Assembly: GCA_016839805.1 (NCBI GenBank)
Contig: JAEOTO010000036.1
Coordinates: 33,008 to 97,007 of the forward strand
Reading direction: 5' to 3'
Length of the DNA stretch: 64,000 bases
DNA from: Candidatus Hermodarchaeota archaeon
Lineage (GTDB): Archaea > Asgardarchaeota > Hermodarchaeia > Hermodarchaeales > Hermodarchaeaceae
In this document: positions 10,336 through 20,640 of the stretch, in pieces
How positions within the stretch are numbered: the first letter of the stretch is position 1
Layout of the letters: each line of letters starts with the position of its first letter
Notes under the pieces: generated by a model
Databases searched by the model: none
Seen by the model: only the letters and a program-made list of their open reading frames with translations
What the model was told of the DNA's origin: nothing
Made by a program: the position numbers and the translations under genes

Positions 10336-11352
10336 CTAAATACCTCCCAACATAAGAAAGAAGGGCCTAATCGCTAAATAGAGCCAAAATAATCCAACAG
10401 CTAACAGGGCAGAGAGTGGAACTGTTAGAAACGAAGCAATTACAATCTTGTTTAATCCTGGACCCCTAACTGGGTTTCGGTTCGCGAGTCCGACTCCCAC
10501 CACTGCTGCTACTAGAACATGAGTTCCTGAAAGGGGGATACCCCAAAGAGTTCCGACTAAAAGAACTGAAGCCACTGCAAGTTCTGCTGAAAAACTTGTA
10601 CTGGGACGTAGTTCGGTTACCTCCATCCCCACTGTAGCTACAACTCGTCGTCCAATTAAAAACAAACCAATGGCCATTCCAATACCTCCAAGAAGTAAAA
10701 ACCATGACCATAACGCAGGGTCCGGAAAGACCATTGTTAGGATTCCGACGGCTTTAGAAACGTCATTTCCTCCCCGGCTCAAAGCAGTAATTACGACTAC
10801 GACGAGTAGCAGCCATCCAAAAATTCGCTCTAATCGTTCGATTTTATCCAGGCTTGTGGCTTGGGGTAATATGGTTTTGCTCACCGCTAGTTGAACTATG
10901 AATGCAATCATCAAGCCAAAGATTGGACTCAGAACCCAGCCAATTGCGATCTCTGTCATAGTGTACCAATTGACTAACGGTCCCTGAGTGATCAGTTCGA
11001 TGAGGAGTCCCACACCCAATACGCAGCCAACGATTGAATGTGTGGTTGAGATTGGATAGCCACGAAGAGACGCAACAAGAAGCCATATTGTCATAGCGAT
11101 AACTAATATCAGTACAAAATCAAAGGGCAGCGGGGTTAGTACCATATCTTGCCCAATAGTCTCAGATACTCCCGCTCCTAACAATTGGGCACCAATAACT
11201 TGAAGGCACATCCCCAAAAGAATCGCTGCATTCAATTTGAGTACTTTTCCACCAACAACACTTGCCATTGTCTCATCATTTGCCCCAATCGCTACTGCAA
11301 CAATAAACACGAGAATGAGTAGGACTGCAATCCATAGTATTGGGGAAATCAT
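10336..11352 (-). CDS. inorganic phosphate transporter, PiT family
   Basis: It has the duplicated PiT signature GANDETMASVVG and RGGNDVSKAVG plus multiple TM helices. I moved the start to the ATG at 11352 (MISPILWIAV...), because the 41-aa N-terminal extension in the ORF track is not membrane-like. Confidence 0.85.
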   Translation of the reverse strand: MISPILWIAVLLILVFIVAVAIGANDETMASVVGGKVLKLNAAILLGMCLQVIGAQLLGAGVSETIGQDMVLTPLPFDFVLILVIAMTIWLLVASLRGYPISTTHSIVGCVLGVGLLIELITQGPLVNWYTMTEIAIGWVLSPIFGLMIAFIVQLAVSKTILPQATSLDKIERLERIFGWLLLVVVVITALSRGGNDVSKAVGILTMVFPDPALWSWFLLLGGIGMAIGLFLIGRRVVATVGMEVTELRPSTSFSAELAVASVLLVGTLWGIPLSGTHVLVAAVVGVGLANRNPVRGPGLNKIVIASFLTVPLSALLAVGLFWLYLAIRPFFLMLGGI

Positions 11353-11581
11353 GAGTGAAATACATCCTCGGTGACTAAACCGTAGCTGGTCACAATAAAT
11401 TCTATATTTTCTATAGGTATCAGCTTTTTCGTAACTGAGTAAAAGAATTTTTCGAAATTGTATAGACCAAATCAAAAAGAATCGATGAGGGAACTTCTCA
11501 CGTCGTGAAGATTGGTTCCCTCGGATTTACGATTTTTTCGGAGTCTAAATGTCCTAGGTGATTAATACTAGAATCTAGTAA

Positions 11582-13186
11582 CTACTCGTCTTCTTCGAAT
11601 AGCTCCTTGCTAGATTTCCGTGCTCTTTGCATACTCATCGCGGCATCTTCATCTGCAATTGGTGCAGCTTGGGCAACTCCCACTACCGAACGTTTGCTCA
11701 TCTCTTCCTTTTGCCGTTCTGCAACCTGTTCGGCTTCCGCGATTTCTTCATCAAGGACCTTATCAGCCTTCTTGATCGCTTTCGCAAGAGATGCTGGAGC
11801 TTGACTCTGTACGGCTCTATACGCATTTTGGGTATCTTCGAGGATTTTCTTACTCTTCGCCACTTCACCGCGATATTGTTCTTCTCCTGCTCGTTGCACC
11901 GCATAGGTAGCCGGGAGTTCTGCATCAAGGGTGTCAATGATTGGCTTTGCATCATCAGTAACTTTTACTCGTTTGGTCATCACGCGCATGCGCTGGTTAC
12001 CTTCATCATCCATATAGGAGACTTGCACTTGGATGGGAACTTCTTTCTCTTTCACTTTCGCAGAAGGGCTGAGCCGAACATACACTTCACGGTCTTCGGT
12101 CACGGAGCCAATCCGTATTCCCTTCCTTAGGGAATCTGCTTCAGCACCACCTAGTCCACTAACTTCTGCGAGTTCCACGTCATCGGGGGCAATGACTCGC
12201 ATTTTAACTCCCCGTGCGACAATCTTACCAGTAGATGAAGAGCTCATGGCATCAGCGATTTCAGATGCTTGGGCATAGTACATGGTTCCACCGGTTTGCA
12301 TGGGCATCACGGCTAACGCTTCTAAGGCCATAAAAGCCGATGGATCTTTGATTCCTACCACATCGATGATGATACTAGCGTTCGCAGCTTTGATGGCTAA
12401 GTCTTCATAGAGTTGGGCTCCAGTGGTCGAGGACCCTTCGAGGGCTCCGACACCTTCATTGGCAAGTCCATCAGTGAGAAGAATAATGCGTCCTCCTCTG
12501 TCTTTCATGATGATATACCCAGCGACCATGGCGGGACCGAGGGCTGTCATATCAATATCTCGGAGTTTTTGAATATTTGAAACCCATTTTTTCGTTGTCT
12601 TTTTTAATGGTTTGAGTTCAACGTTCTTCAATTTCTTCTCGACGGCTTTGGTAATTTCGTCCACGCTATACCGCATATCGCCTGAAAGTGTGAAGATTGT
12701 CTTCATGTTCTCATCATAACAGTACACATCACTGTGGAAGGCAAGGAGGCCAAATGCCGTTTTGGGGGCATTGACACTTAAATCGGTCACTGTCCGAATA
12801 AGTGACTCTTTTACAGCTGCGAGTTTACCGCCACCCATGGATCCAGAAATATCTATCACCGCAAGAAGCGTATCTTCAGTGATGGGTTTTGCGTGAGCAA
12901 GCTGTCCTAGAATAAATTCGGAAAGATCCGTTCCTGGCATTAGCTCTTCAGGAATGACATTCACGGTACCACAAAACTCGCACTGGAATGTCTTTCTCTT
13001 GGTCTGAGACACCTTTATGATCTCTGGATTGGTTAGGGCTCCTCCACAGTTGCTACACATGATGGGGCGAGTGCTGATTTCCTTTACTTTTTCTTTCATA
13101 TCGGCAAAGGAGACGCGTCCAACCCAAGGCATATCCTTGAGGATCTTTTCGTCTTTGGGAAAATAATCTGAACTAGTTTTGAACAT
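11582..13186 (-). CDS. Zn-ribbon + vWA (intact MIDAS) + beta-sandwich protein with Sec23/24-like domain order and a helical acidic C-terminus
   Basis: Zn ribbon: CSNCGG-x23-CEFCG followed by VNVIPEE. vWA domain: VIDISGSMGG, LLTDGLANEG. A beta-rich segment ends VPIQVQVSYMDDEGNQRMRVMTKRVKVTDD. The start is either the ATG at 13186 or the GTG at 13219. Confidence 0.7.
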   Translation of the reverse strand: MFKTSSDYFPKDEKILKDMPWVGRVSFADMKEKVKEISTRPIMCSNCGGALTNPEIIKVSQTKRKTFQCEFCGTVNVIPEELMPGTDLSEFILGQLAHAKPITEDTLLAVIDISGSMGGGKLAAVKESLIRTVTDLSVNAPKTAFGLLAFHSDVYCYDENMKTIFTLSGDMRYSVDEITKAVEKKLKNVELKPLKKTTKKWVSNIQKLRDIDMTALGPAMVAGYIIMKDRGGRIILLTDGLANEGVGALEGSSTTGAQLYEDLAIKAANASIIIDVVGIKDPSAFMALEALAVMPMQTGGTMYYAQASEIADAMSSSSTGKIVARGVKMRVIAPDDVELAEVSGLGGAEADSLRKGIRIGSVTEDREVYVRLSPSAKVKEKEVPIQVQVSYMDDEGNQRMRVMTKRVKVTDDAKPIIDTLDAELPATYAVQRAGEEQYRGEVAKSKKILEDTQNAYRAVQSQAPASLAKAIKKADKVLDEEIAEAEQVAERQKEEMSKRSVVGVAQAAPIADEDAAMSMQRARKSSKELFEEDE

Positions 13187-13274
13187 TATACATAAATCCC
13201 CGTTAAGGTACTGCTCCACGCTGATGTAATAGCAAGTACAAAAGCTTGTCGTGCATAATTAAAAAATGTTTATT

Positions 13275-13317
13275 TGACAAACTATTCGGCTCAAAATTGT
13301 TTGTATGACAAACTATT
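13275..13317. promoter_or_regulatory. two perfect 12-bp direct repeats (TGACAAACTATT) 31 bp apart in a divergent promoter region; candidate operator
   Basis: The copies lie at 13275-13286 and 13306-13317, between the vWA gene (minus) and the wHTH regulator gene (plus). Confidence 0.35.
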
Positions 13318-13356
13318 TAGATAAGAACCCTATAATTCACCTGTAAACCTGCTGCC

Positions 13357-14106
13357 GTGAAGAAAATGCCAGAACCTTTGAGTGATAAAATCCGGGGCAT
13401 CAAACTGACCGAGGAAGGTAAGAGGCCTCCAAAACCAGTTTTTTTCATTACTGATTCAGAAATGGCTCAATCCCTTGATGATCCCGTAAAGGTCGAGATA
13501 ATCCGGGTTCTTCGAGAAGGAATTGACGATACCCAAACGACTGAGAAGTATCATGAGAAAACCAAGGAGACAGTGATACGGCAATGGTCTGTAAAACGAT
13601 TTGTCCTTTCAGTCGCTGAAATCGTTAAACAATCCAAACGGCGTCGCGAGAACCCTCTTTCACGTAATCAAGTCTACCATCATCTTCCTGGATTAATTGA
13701 AAGCGGATATATCATGAAATTCGGAACGGTGACGACGGGAAAACGAACGACCGATTATTTCCGTCGAACAGCAGAAACATTTGTTTTACCAAAAGGTACG
13801 CCAGCCATTGATGAAAAGTTTCTCGCGAAACAACTAGCAAGTGATGTAGAATACATTGGTCGTGTCTTTGGGTTTTCAATACCTAAGACTAAACACCAAG
13901 AGTTTATCCAGTTAGGTATTAAAATGTGGGAAATAAGGGACGAATGGGCAGACATGATTCTTCAGGATCTGAAGGAAGATTTAGTTGATTCAAGGTCTCT
14001 AAAACTATACGATTGGCTTTTTGAATTGACCATGTTGGGTATTGATGAGTACGTAGAATTAGGACGCAGGATGCGGGAACTGTTATTCATGGGAAAAACG
14101 GAGTAA
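13357..14106 (+). CDS. winged helix-turn-helix (ArsR-like) transcriptional regulator, paralog of 252-905
   Basis: VEIIRVLREG ... LSVAEIVKQS ... NQVYHHLPGLIESGYIMKFGTVTTGKRTTDYFRRTAETF. The start is either the GTG at 13357 or the ATG at 13366. Confidence 0.6.
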   Translation: MKKMPEPLSDKIRGIKLTEEGKRPPKPVFFITDSEMAQSLDDPVKVEIIRVLREGIDDTQTTEKYHEKTKETVIRQWSVKRFVLSVAEIVKQSKRRRENPLSRNQVYHHLPGLIESGYIMKFGTVTTGKRTTDYFRRTAETFVLPKGTPAIDEKFLAKQLASDVEYIGRVFGFSIPKTKHQEFIQLGIKMWEIRDEWADMILQDLKEDLVDSRSLKLYDWLFELTMLGIDEYVELGRRMRELLFMGKTE

Positions 14107-14112
14107 TGGATT

Positions 14113-15498
14113 ATGGAAGATTTAGCGGAAATAGCGATTTCATCAGCTTTGGACGAAGGGGTGAGCTTCGCTGATATACGAATCGAAGATACACACAAAA
14201 ATCAAATTGAGATCAATAATGGTGTGTCAAAAACCTCATTGGGTGCACAATTAAAGGGAGCAGGTATTCGGTGTTTCATTGACGGTGCATGGGCTTTTGC
14301 TCAAACCTCAGACTTCTCGTCTAAAGGAATGAAAAAGACTGGTCAGCAAGTAGCTCAAATGGCTTTAGCAATTCGTGAGTGGACAACTGAAAAATATCAA
14401 CTCATTGGTCCAAACTTCCAGGATAGGGTCAAGATCCAAGTAAAACAGAATTTACTGGATGTTCCCTTGGAAGATAAAATCTCACTTGTTCAGATGTTAG
14501 ATCAAGAGATTCGTGCTGTTGATAATCGAATCATTAATGCTCGGTCAATCTATCAGGATCTTACTACTCAATTATATGTTGCTAACTCGTTGGGTACACG
14601 TGTATGGATATCGAACTCCTTACCACGACTTATCCTACAAATTATTGCCAAAGAAAATGGTGTTCGTCAACGTGCATGGGGGCAACTAGCGGGGAGAGGA
14701 GGTTTTGAAATCATTAATGAATCAAAAGCTCGAAAGATTGCTCACGATTCTGCGAAGTTAGCTATTGATTTACTATCATCCAAAACGATTGAAGGTGGAA
14801 CACATGATGTCGTTATTGATCCACGGTTGAATGCGGCAATGGTTCATGAAGCATTTGGACATCCATGTGAAGCTGATAATTGGGTTGCACAAACAACAAT
14901 ACTCGAAGGAATGCTAGGGGCTCAAGTAGGTCCTGAGTTCCTAAATTTAACTGACGATCCAACACAAAAGAATTGGCGTGGTTCCTTTGAATATGATTGG
15001 GAAGGAACTAAAGCTATTAAACGCAACCTTGTGAAAGATGGAGTTCTAACTGAATTGATGCATTCCTTAGAAACTGCTTCTCGATTAGAAATGAAACCTA
15101 ATGGAGCAGCTCGGTGTCAATCCTTTATGTATCAACCAATTCCCCGGATGAGTAATACCTTCATGGAACCCGGTGATTGGGATGTAGATGAGTTGATTTC
15201 AGACATGCAAAAAGGAATCTTACTTTGTGACTACAATTATGGATATACTGATTCTTCAAAGGGCCAATTCATGTTTCAGGCAAATTACGGTTATCTGATT
15301 GAGAAAGGGGAAAAAAGTCACATCGTGCGAGATGTTTCCATTGCAGGACAAATCCTTGATTTTCTTACAAAAATCGACGCAATTGGGAAGGACTTCGGGA
15401 TGTCTGCTGGTACCTGTGGTAAGGCGAACCAACTTATTCCCGATAATTCTGGAGGACCCCATGCTAGGATTCGACAAGTTCCTGTAGGAGGAATGTAA
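14113..15498 (+). CDS. tldD: TldD-family metalloprotease
   Basis: 461 aa with the metal-binding motif HEAFGHPCEAD. It is adjacent to, and abuts, a PmbA-like partner gene. Confidence 0.85.
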   Translation: MEDLAEIAISSALDEGVSFADIRIEDTHKNQIEINNGVSKTSLGAQLKGAGIRCFIDGAWAFAQTSDFSSKGMKKTGQQVAQMALAIREWTTEKYQLIGPNFQDRVKIQVKQNLLDVPLEDKISLVQMLDQEIRAVDNRIINARSIYQDLTTQLYVANSLGTRVWISNSLPRLILQIIAKENGVRQRAWGQLAGRGGFEIINESKARKIAHDSAKLAIDLLSSKTIEGGTHDVVIDPRLNAAMVHEAFGHPCEADNWVAQTTILEGMLGAQVGPEFLNLTDDPTQKNWRGSFEYDWEGTKAIKRNLVKDGVLTELMHSLETASRLEMKPNGAARCQSFMYQPIPRMSNTFMEPGDWDVDELISDMQKGILLCDYNYGYTDSSKGQFMFQANYGYLIEKGEKSHIVRDVSIAGQILDFLTKIDAIGKDFGMSAGTCGKANQLIPDNSGGPHARIRQVPVGGM

Positions 15499-16848
15499 AT
15501 GAAACAAGAACTTTTCGACCTCGGAGAACACGTCATTCGCGATGCTGAGAAATTAGGGGCCCAACAAGTTGAAGCTTATTTAACATCGAGGAAACAAATT
15601 CAGATAAGAGTAGAGCAAGGCACGATTAAAACAGCTGAGGAAAAACATGATGTGGGCTGCGCCATTCGAACAGTGATTGGGAAAAAATTAGGTTTTGCTT
15701 TTACTTCAACCATTAACCGATCAGATATTCAGGCAAGCACAAAGGAAGCTGTAAGCCTAGCGAAATTTTCTCTACCAGATAATGAGTTCCACAGCTTTCC
15801 TACCTATTCTGGCTCTTTTCGAACCCTCGATGGAATTTATGATCCGAAAACAACGCAAATCACATCAGAGGCTGCTGTTGAACTCTTATTACGAGGGATT
15901 GATGCCTGTAAAACTAAACTCGGTAAAGAAAAAGCATTGATAGAAGGAGAATTGGACATTCAAGTGACTGAATTAGCGATCATTAACTCCTTAGACACTT
16001 CTGGTTCGTATCGGGATACTTTGATTGAGTTATCTGTGGATCCCACTATAAAATCAGCCAATTCTCAAGCCTCAAGTTTTGAATTTCAAATCTCGCGTAC
16101 TCTGACAGAGATTGATCCCGAGTGGATTGGAAGAATTGCTGCAACCAATACGCAGAATTCATTGTACCCCAAAACAATAAAGGATGCGCAACTTCCTGTA
16201 ATCTTTACACCAATGGCTTTGGATTTCCTCTTCAGAGTTGGATTAGCTGCAGCATTTAATGCCGAAGAGATCCAAATGGGACGTTCTTATTTAGCAGAAT
16301 CCATTGATTGTCAAATTGCTCCATCATATTTCCATCTGAGTGATAACGCATTATTACCTAAAGGGAATCGGTCAAGACCATTTGATGCAGAGGGGTATCC
16401 GTCACAAAATACGGAAATCATCGTAGATGGTGAGCTGAACCATTTTCTCCATAATTCCTATACGGCACATAAAGCTCAACTCGCCAATACAGGTAATGCA
16501 GATCGCTCCTCGTATCAAGAATTTCCTCGAATTGCACCCTCAAATCTAGTAATTACTCCAGGAAAAGGCACTTTGGATGACCTAATCGCTGAAATGGGTA
16601 GGGGGATTCTCTGCCGATTCACATTTGATAAACCAAATCTGAGCACCGGGGATCTCAGCGCCCTAGTCATGGAAGGTTATTACATAGATAAAGGTGAGAT
16701 ACAGTATCCTGTGAAAAACACGCTCATCGGTATCAATATGCGTGATTTCTTCCAAGGGATAACACTCATTGGAGCAGACACTCGATCTCTCCACACGGTC
16801 GTTTCTCCATCGCTCGTGATTGAATCTGCTAAAATTACTTCTGGTTAG
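15499..16848 (+). CDS. pmbA: PmbA/TldE-family protein (TldD partner)
   Basis: 449 aa. It has the same fold family as TldD but lacks the HExxxH motif. Its start codon follows the tldD stop directly. Confidence 0.8.
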   Translation: MKQELFDLGEHVIRDAEKLGAQQVEAYLTSRKQIQIRVEQGTIKTAEEKHDVGCAIRTVIGKKLGFAFTSTINRSDIQASTKEAVSLAKFSLPDNEFHSFPTYSGSFRTLDGIYDPKTTQITSEAAVELLLRGIDACKTKLGKEKALIEGELDIQVTELAIINSLDTSGSYRDTLIELSVDPTIKSANSQASSFEFQISRTLTEIDPEWIGRIAATNTQNSLYPKTIKDAQLPVIFTPMALDFLFRVGLAAAFNAEEIQMGRSYLAESIDCQIAPSYFHLSDNALLPKGNRSRPFDAEGYPSQNTEIIVDGELNHFLHNSYTAHKAQLANTGNADRSSYQEFPRIAPSNLVITPGKGTLDDLIAEMGRGILCRFTFDKPNLSTGDLSALVMEGYYIDKGEIQYPVKNTLIGINMRDFFQGITLIGADTRSLHTVVSPSLVIESAKITSG

Positions 16849-16970
16849 AAAGAATTCTTCTTGCGATATCTTCAAGAGGTTTAGAGGATACCGTTTCGAG
16901 CAACTAAGCTTTTTATTCGTGATTTTCAAGTTCTAGGCAAGCAACGCATCCTTTAGCGGGGATTCGAGCT

Positions 16971-19900
16971 ATGAATAAACGACTGAGTGTACTTGCTATC
17001 TGTCTAGTTGCACTGATTTGCACACAAGTTATCCCTCTGAGTTTAACGATGGCCCAAACTCCAGGTGATACTGTGCCAGTTATTGCGGTTCACTGGAACC
17101 GCCACCAATGGACTGAGGACAATACTTACGATGGTAGTGGCGAGGAGTGGCTCTTTGGTGAGAGCATTGAACTCGTTATCTTTTACGAGAATGGTACAAA
17201 CATCGCTGATAACGACTATGAAGTCAATCGTGATGAACTAGTTAATTTTACTCTGATAATTCCCACCCGGTTCTTTGAAGGCGATCGTGAACTCGAACAA
17301 GCGTCGGTGGGAGCGAATATGGGAACGATGAACATGTCTGCCGACATGCACATTAGCTATAACGTACCCCGAGATGAATGGTATGTTTTCAGTGCTATTC
17401 ACGAGATGGGAAAAACAGAACCACCGGGACCAACCGAGTTTTTCGACTTTAACAGTCAATTAAGCGGAATCACTACCGTCGGTGAATACTTCGTTGTCAA
17501 CTTTGTCGGCACCTTCAACACCGATTCCCCACGTGGTGTCTATCAAACCTACGCTGATGCCATGGACAACGCCAGTAACTTCATTCATCCCGCCTTCTTT
17601 TCAACCCAACCAGGGGAATATCCACTTCCCCCTATTGCCCTCGACTGCTCCCTCGATGACAGGATGGGAACCTGGCATAAACCACCCGAATACGATTTAC
17701 GGGTTTTAAACGAAACCTATCATCCTGTGCAGTTCATCGATGCCGGTGAATATGTCTACTTCGAACTTACCATGGACAAAGAAATCGGGTTTGCGGCATT
17801 TGACTTAGGACCAGTAGCATCATGGGACCAGCGTCAATACCTCAAGAACGTCACCCAGTGGTGGCCTGATGACTGGTGTAACCCAGACACAACCTGGACC
17901 ACTAACCAGTGGGAAGAACCTCCTCGTCTTGGCTTCTTCTACAATGCCTCAGCTGCTCCCCCCAACGATATTGGTGCATTCATCTTCTACACCAATACCT
18001 CCTTTGTCTGGCGTGATGATGAATATGGATATTACGGCTGGGAAAGCTACGCAGATCCCATCATTGACACTACAGGAATGCTTTCAGACTTCTTCAACTT
18101 CCACATAGCAGGAAGTCAAGCCGTAGATCCTTATACAGTGAAGTGGAAAGGTAGTTTTACTAATCTTGTTTGTAATCGCACAGAATATCCAATGTATGGT
18201 CCGCCTAAGGTCAAATATGGAACCACATTCCATGTATGGCCTCATGACCTCCGGTTCTGGGGTACACAAGATATTGAGGGATTCTTCGCAGAGCCAAGCT
18301 TTGAGTTCATGCAATCCAACGGTCTTGTACTTGCCTTTAACGATATTCTTATCCAAGCCTGGCTTCAGGAATACGGTACATCCACACCCCTCGAAAGCAT
18401 TCATCAAGATGACTGGTTCACGGTATCGATGGATATCCATGCACCCATTGAACTCTTCAACTATACATCAGGTCCCTATGAAGTAGATCCAATTATGCAT
18501 GTTTGGCGTAATGATACGCTGCTACTGGACAATATTTCACTGAGAATAGATGGCTACACTAATGGTTGGAACGATACCCACAATTGGAATGCCTACACCA
18601 ACATCGAATTTACTATCGATGTAGAAACCTTGATGCTCATCGATCAGTATTGCTTCATTCAGAACTCAACTTATCGTACATATGATTGGGTTCTAGTTGA
18701 CGATGTGTGGATAGATTCGAATTCAGGACTCACTGATTTAATCGCCGTTACTAACGTGCAGCTGAATCTTGGTACAGATTATTCATTCTTACAATTCGAT
18801 GCACAGTTACTATCCAATACTCCTGACGGAGACTACCACTTCTGGGATTTCCTTATCGATCAATACTTCATTGACCAACACAACCAAACTGGTATTTGGG
18901 AGACCTACATCTATCCACAGTCCGACTTCTTTATGGGCGGACAAGTTCACTGGGCTCCTAACTTCTTCATTCTAGGGAATGCTTGGAAGTGGATTCCTGA
19001 ACCCTGGACAGTAACCGATGAAGGGGCCTTAGACCTCGATGGTAATCTCGACACGACTTATGATCAATACTTTGTCAAGCGGGTTCACTATTGGCACGAT
19101 GAATGGAACCGTACAGAGGATTCCATGCATGTTGACATTATGTTTGATCCCACTGCAAGAAGGGAGTGGCACCCTGACGGTGACGAATTCCAATCCCACA
19201 ATTGGATGGGACTGATGACCGAAGAACTCACCTACACCTGGAACGAGACCTTCTATTGGTTCCACACAGATATGACACCGGTCAATGCTTCGGAATTGGT
19301 TACCATTCGAGACGTCGTCTGGCACGATGTGGCAGAACAGATACCAGCACCAGGTTATGATATGATTTCCTGGATGACACTCAACCGAACGTGGCAGGAT
19401 TTGTTAGATGAATGGTGGTGGCTTGGTGATAACACCTGGGAGTGGTCCTGGTTTGGCTTTAGCACTGACCAGAACTTCAATCTGGCCACAGAAGAGAACT
19501 CAATGATTTGGGCTCACTTCCGATCCGAATTCGCAGGATTACTCATCTTCATTGACAATGTAACCATCAATGGAGGTAACGGCGTTCCTGACTTTAATGT
19601 CCATGATGGCTTCGTTGATACGAGCGAAGTCAGTCACTACTTCCTCGTCGATCATGTTGGAGATATCGAATTCACTTATCCTTTCGGTTCCACTGAAGAC
19701 ACCGGCGAAGAGATCATCATGGTACACAGCGGTTACGACGAAAGCATCGATTTTGGTGTAAGAATCACGGAAGTAAACGGCACTCTCTTTCCAGTCCACA
19801 CAGCAGTTGGCACTGGCATCAAAGGCTGCTGGGACTACTATCAATCAGCTGAGGGTCTAATCGGTATTGATAACTCCGACTTCGACCACATCCTATCTAC

Positions 19901-20627
19901 ATCAACCATTGATGAAATCGCTTTTGATGTCCACTATCACTTACACCTCCCGAATACTCCAGAAAACCTCGATCCCAACAACAACCTCATCCAAATTAAA
20001 GTCGACCAATACATTGGCGATTGGACACTGCACCACTTTGACAACTCTGTCCTTGAAGGTCGTGGACTTGCCATTACCTACTTTGGTTCACTCGGAACCC
20101 AAACCTACGCCGAATTCAGCGTGGACGACACACCTGTTGCAAGCAACAACGACGACAGCCAAATCGGTGACATGTATCGCTTTGGTGCTGAAGGTCGAAC
20201 CTTTGCAGCCGTACAAATGGGCAGTCAAGTCTATGATTGGGGCAAAGACGGTCAGACCTATACCTGTGATGCAGCCACAGTTCCAATGGGTGCTTTTAGT
20301 GCGATGTTCTACTCACAAAGTGGAAAGAGCGTTACACACTGGGAAATGGATACCAGTTACTTCTTCATGCTCTCAGGATTCACTCACTGGGATGGTTACT
20401 CTATTAATAACGATCCGAGCTTCGGAATCTACACTAGTGCCTTGAACATGATTGTTGGTCCACCACCCGGTGCCGATCCATTTGACATGTTAATGGGCAT
20501 TTTATTTGTAGGGATCACACTCTTAGTAATTGTGATTATCGTGGTCGCAATGAATATTCGCCGCCGTGGAAAAGGCACCACAAAGGGTTCTAGCAAGCCA
20601 GTGGACGATTATTGGGCTAAACAATAG
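16971..20627 (+). CDS. large secreted or cell-surface protein (signal peptide, about 20 N-glycosylation sequons, C-terminal TM anchor)
   Basis: 1218 aa. The N-terminus MNKRLSVLAICLVALICTQVIPLSLTMAQ looks like a signal peptide. The protein is rich in W/D/N/Y/T. I count about 20 N-x-S/T sequons by eye (NGT, NFT, NMS, NAS, NET, NVT ...). The C-terminus MGILFVGITLLVIVIIVVAMNIRRRGKG is a TM helix plus basic tail. Confidence 0.7.
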   Translation: MNKRLSVLAICLVALICTQVIPLSLTMAQTPGDTVPVIAVHWNRHQWTEDNTYDGSGEEWLFGESIELVIFYENGTNIADNDYEVNRDELVNFTLIIPTRFFEGDRELEQASVGANMGTMNMSADMHISYNVPRDEWYVFSAIHEMGKTEPPGPTEFFDFNSQLSGITTVGEYFVVNFVGTFNTDSPRGVYQTYADAMDNASNFIHPAFFSTQPGEYPLPPIALDCSLDDRMGTWHKPPEYDLRVLNETYHPVQFIDAGEYVYFELTMDKEIGFAAFDLGPVASWDQRQYLKNVTQWWPDDWCNPDTTWTTNQWEEPPRLGFFYNASAAPPNDIGAFIFYTNTSFVWRDDEYGYYGWESYADPIIDTTGMLSDFFNFHIAGSQAVDPYTVKWKGSFTNLVCNRTEYPMYGPPKVKYGTTFHVWPHDLRFWGTQDIEGFFAEPSFEFMQSNGLVLAFNDILIQAWLQEYGTSTPLESIHQDDWFTVSMDIHAPIELFNYTSGPYEVDPIMHVWRNDTLLLDNISLRIDGYTNGWNDTHNWNAYTNIEFTIDVETLMLIDQYCFIQNSTYRTYDWVLVDDVWIDSNSGLTDLIAVTNVQLNLGTDYSFLQFDAQLLSNTPDGDYHFWDFLIDQYFIDQHNQTGIWETYIYPQSDFFMGGQVHWAPNFFILGNAWKWIPEPWTVTDEGALDLDGNLDTTYDQYFVKRVHYWHDEWNRTEDSMHVDIMFDPTARREWHPDGDEFQSHNWMGLMTEELTYTWNETFYWFHTDMTPVNASELVTIRDVVWHDVAEQIPAPGYDMISWMTLNRTWQDLLDEWWWLGDNTWEWSWFGFSTDQNFNLATEENSMIWAHFRSEFAGLLIFIDNVTINGGNGVPDFNVHDGFVDTSEVSHYFLVDHVGDIEFTYPFGSTEDTGEEIIMVHSGYDESIDFGVRITEVNGTLFPVHTAVGTGIKGCWDYYQSAEGLIGIDNSDFDHILSTSTIDEIAFDVHYHLHLPNTPENLDPNNNLIQIKVDQYIGDWTLHHFDNSVLEGRGLAITYFGSLGTQTYAEFSVDDTPVASNNDDSQIGDMYRFGAEGRTFAAVQMGSQVYDWGKDGQTYTCDAATVPMGAFSAMFYSQSGKSVTHWEMDTSYFFMLSGFTHWDGYSINNDPSFGIYTSALNMIVGPPPGADPFDMLMGILFVGITLLVIVIIVVAMNIRRRGKGTTKGSSKPVDDYWAKQ

Positions 20628-20640
20628 CAATTCAACTTGT

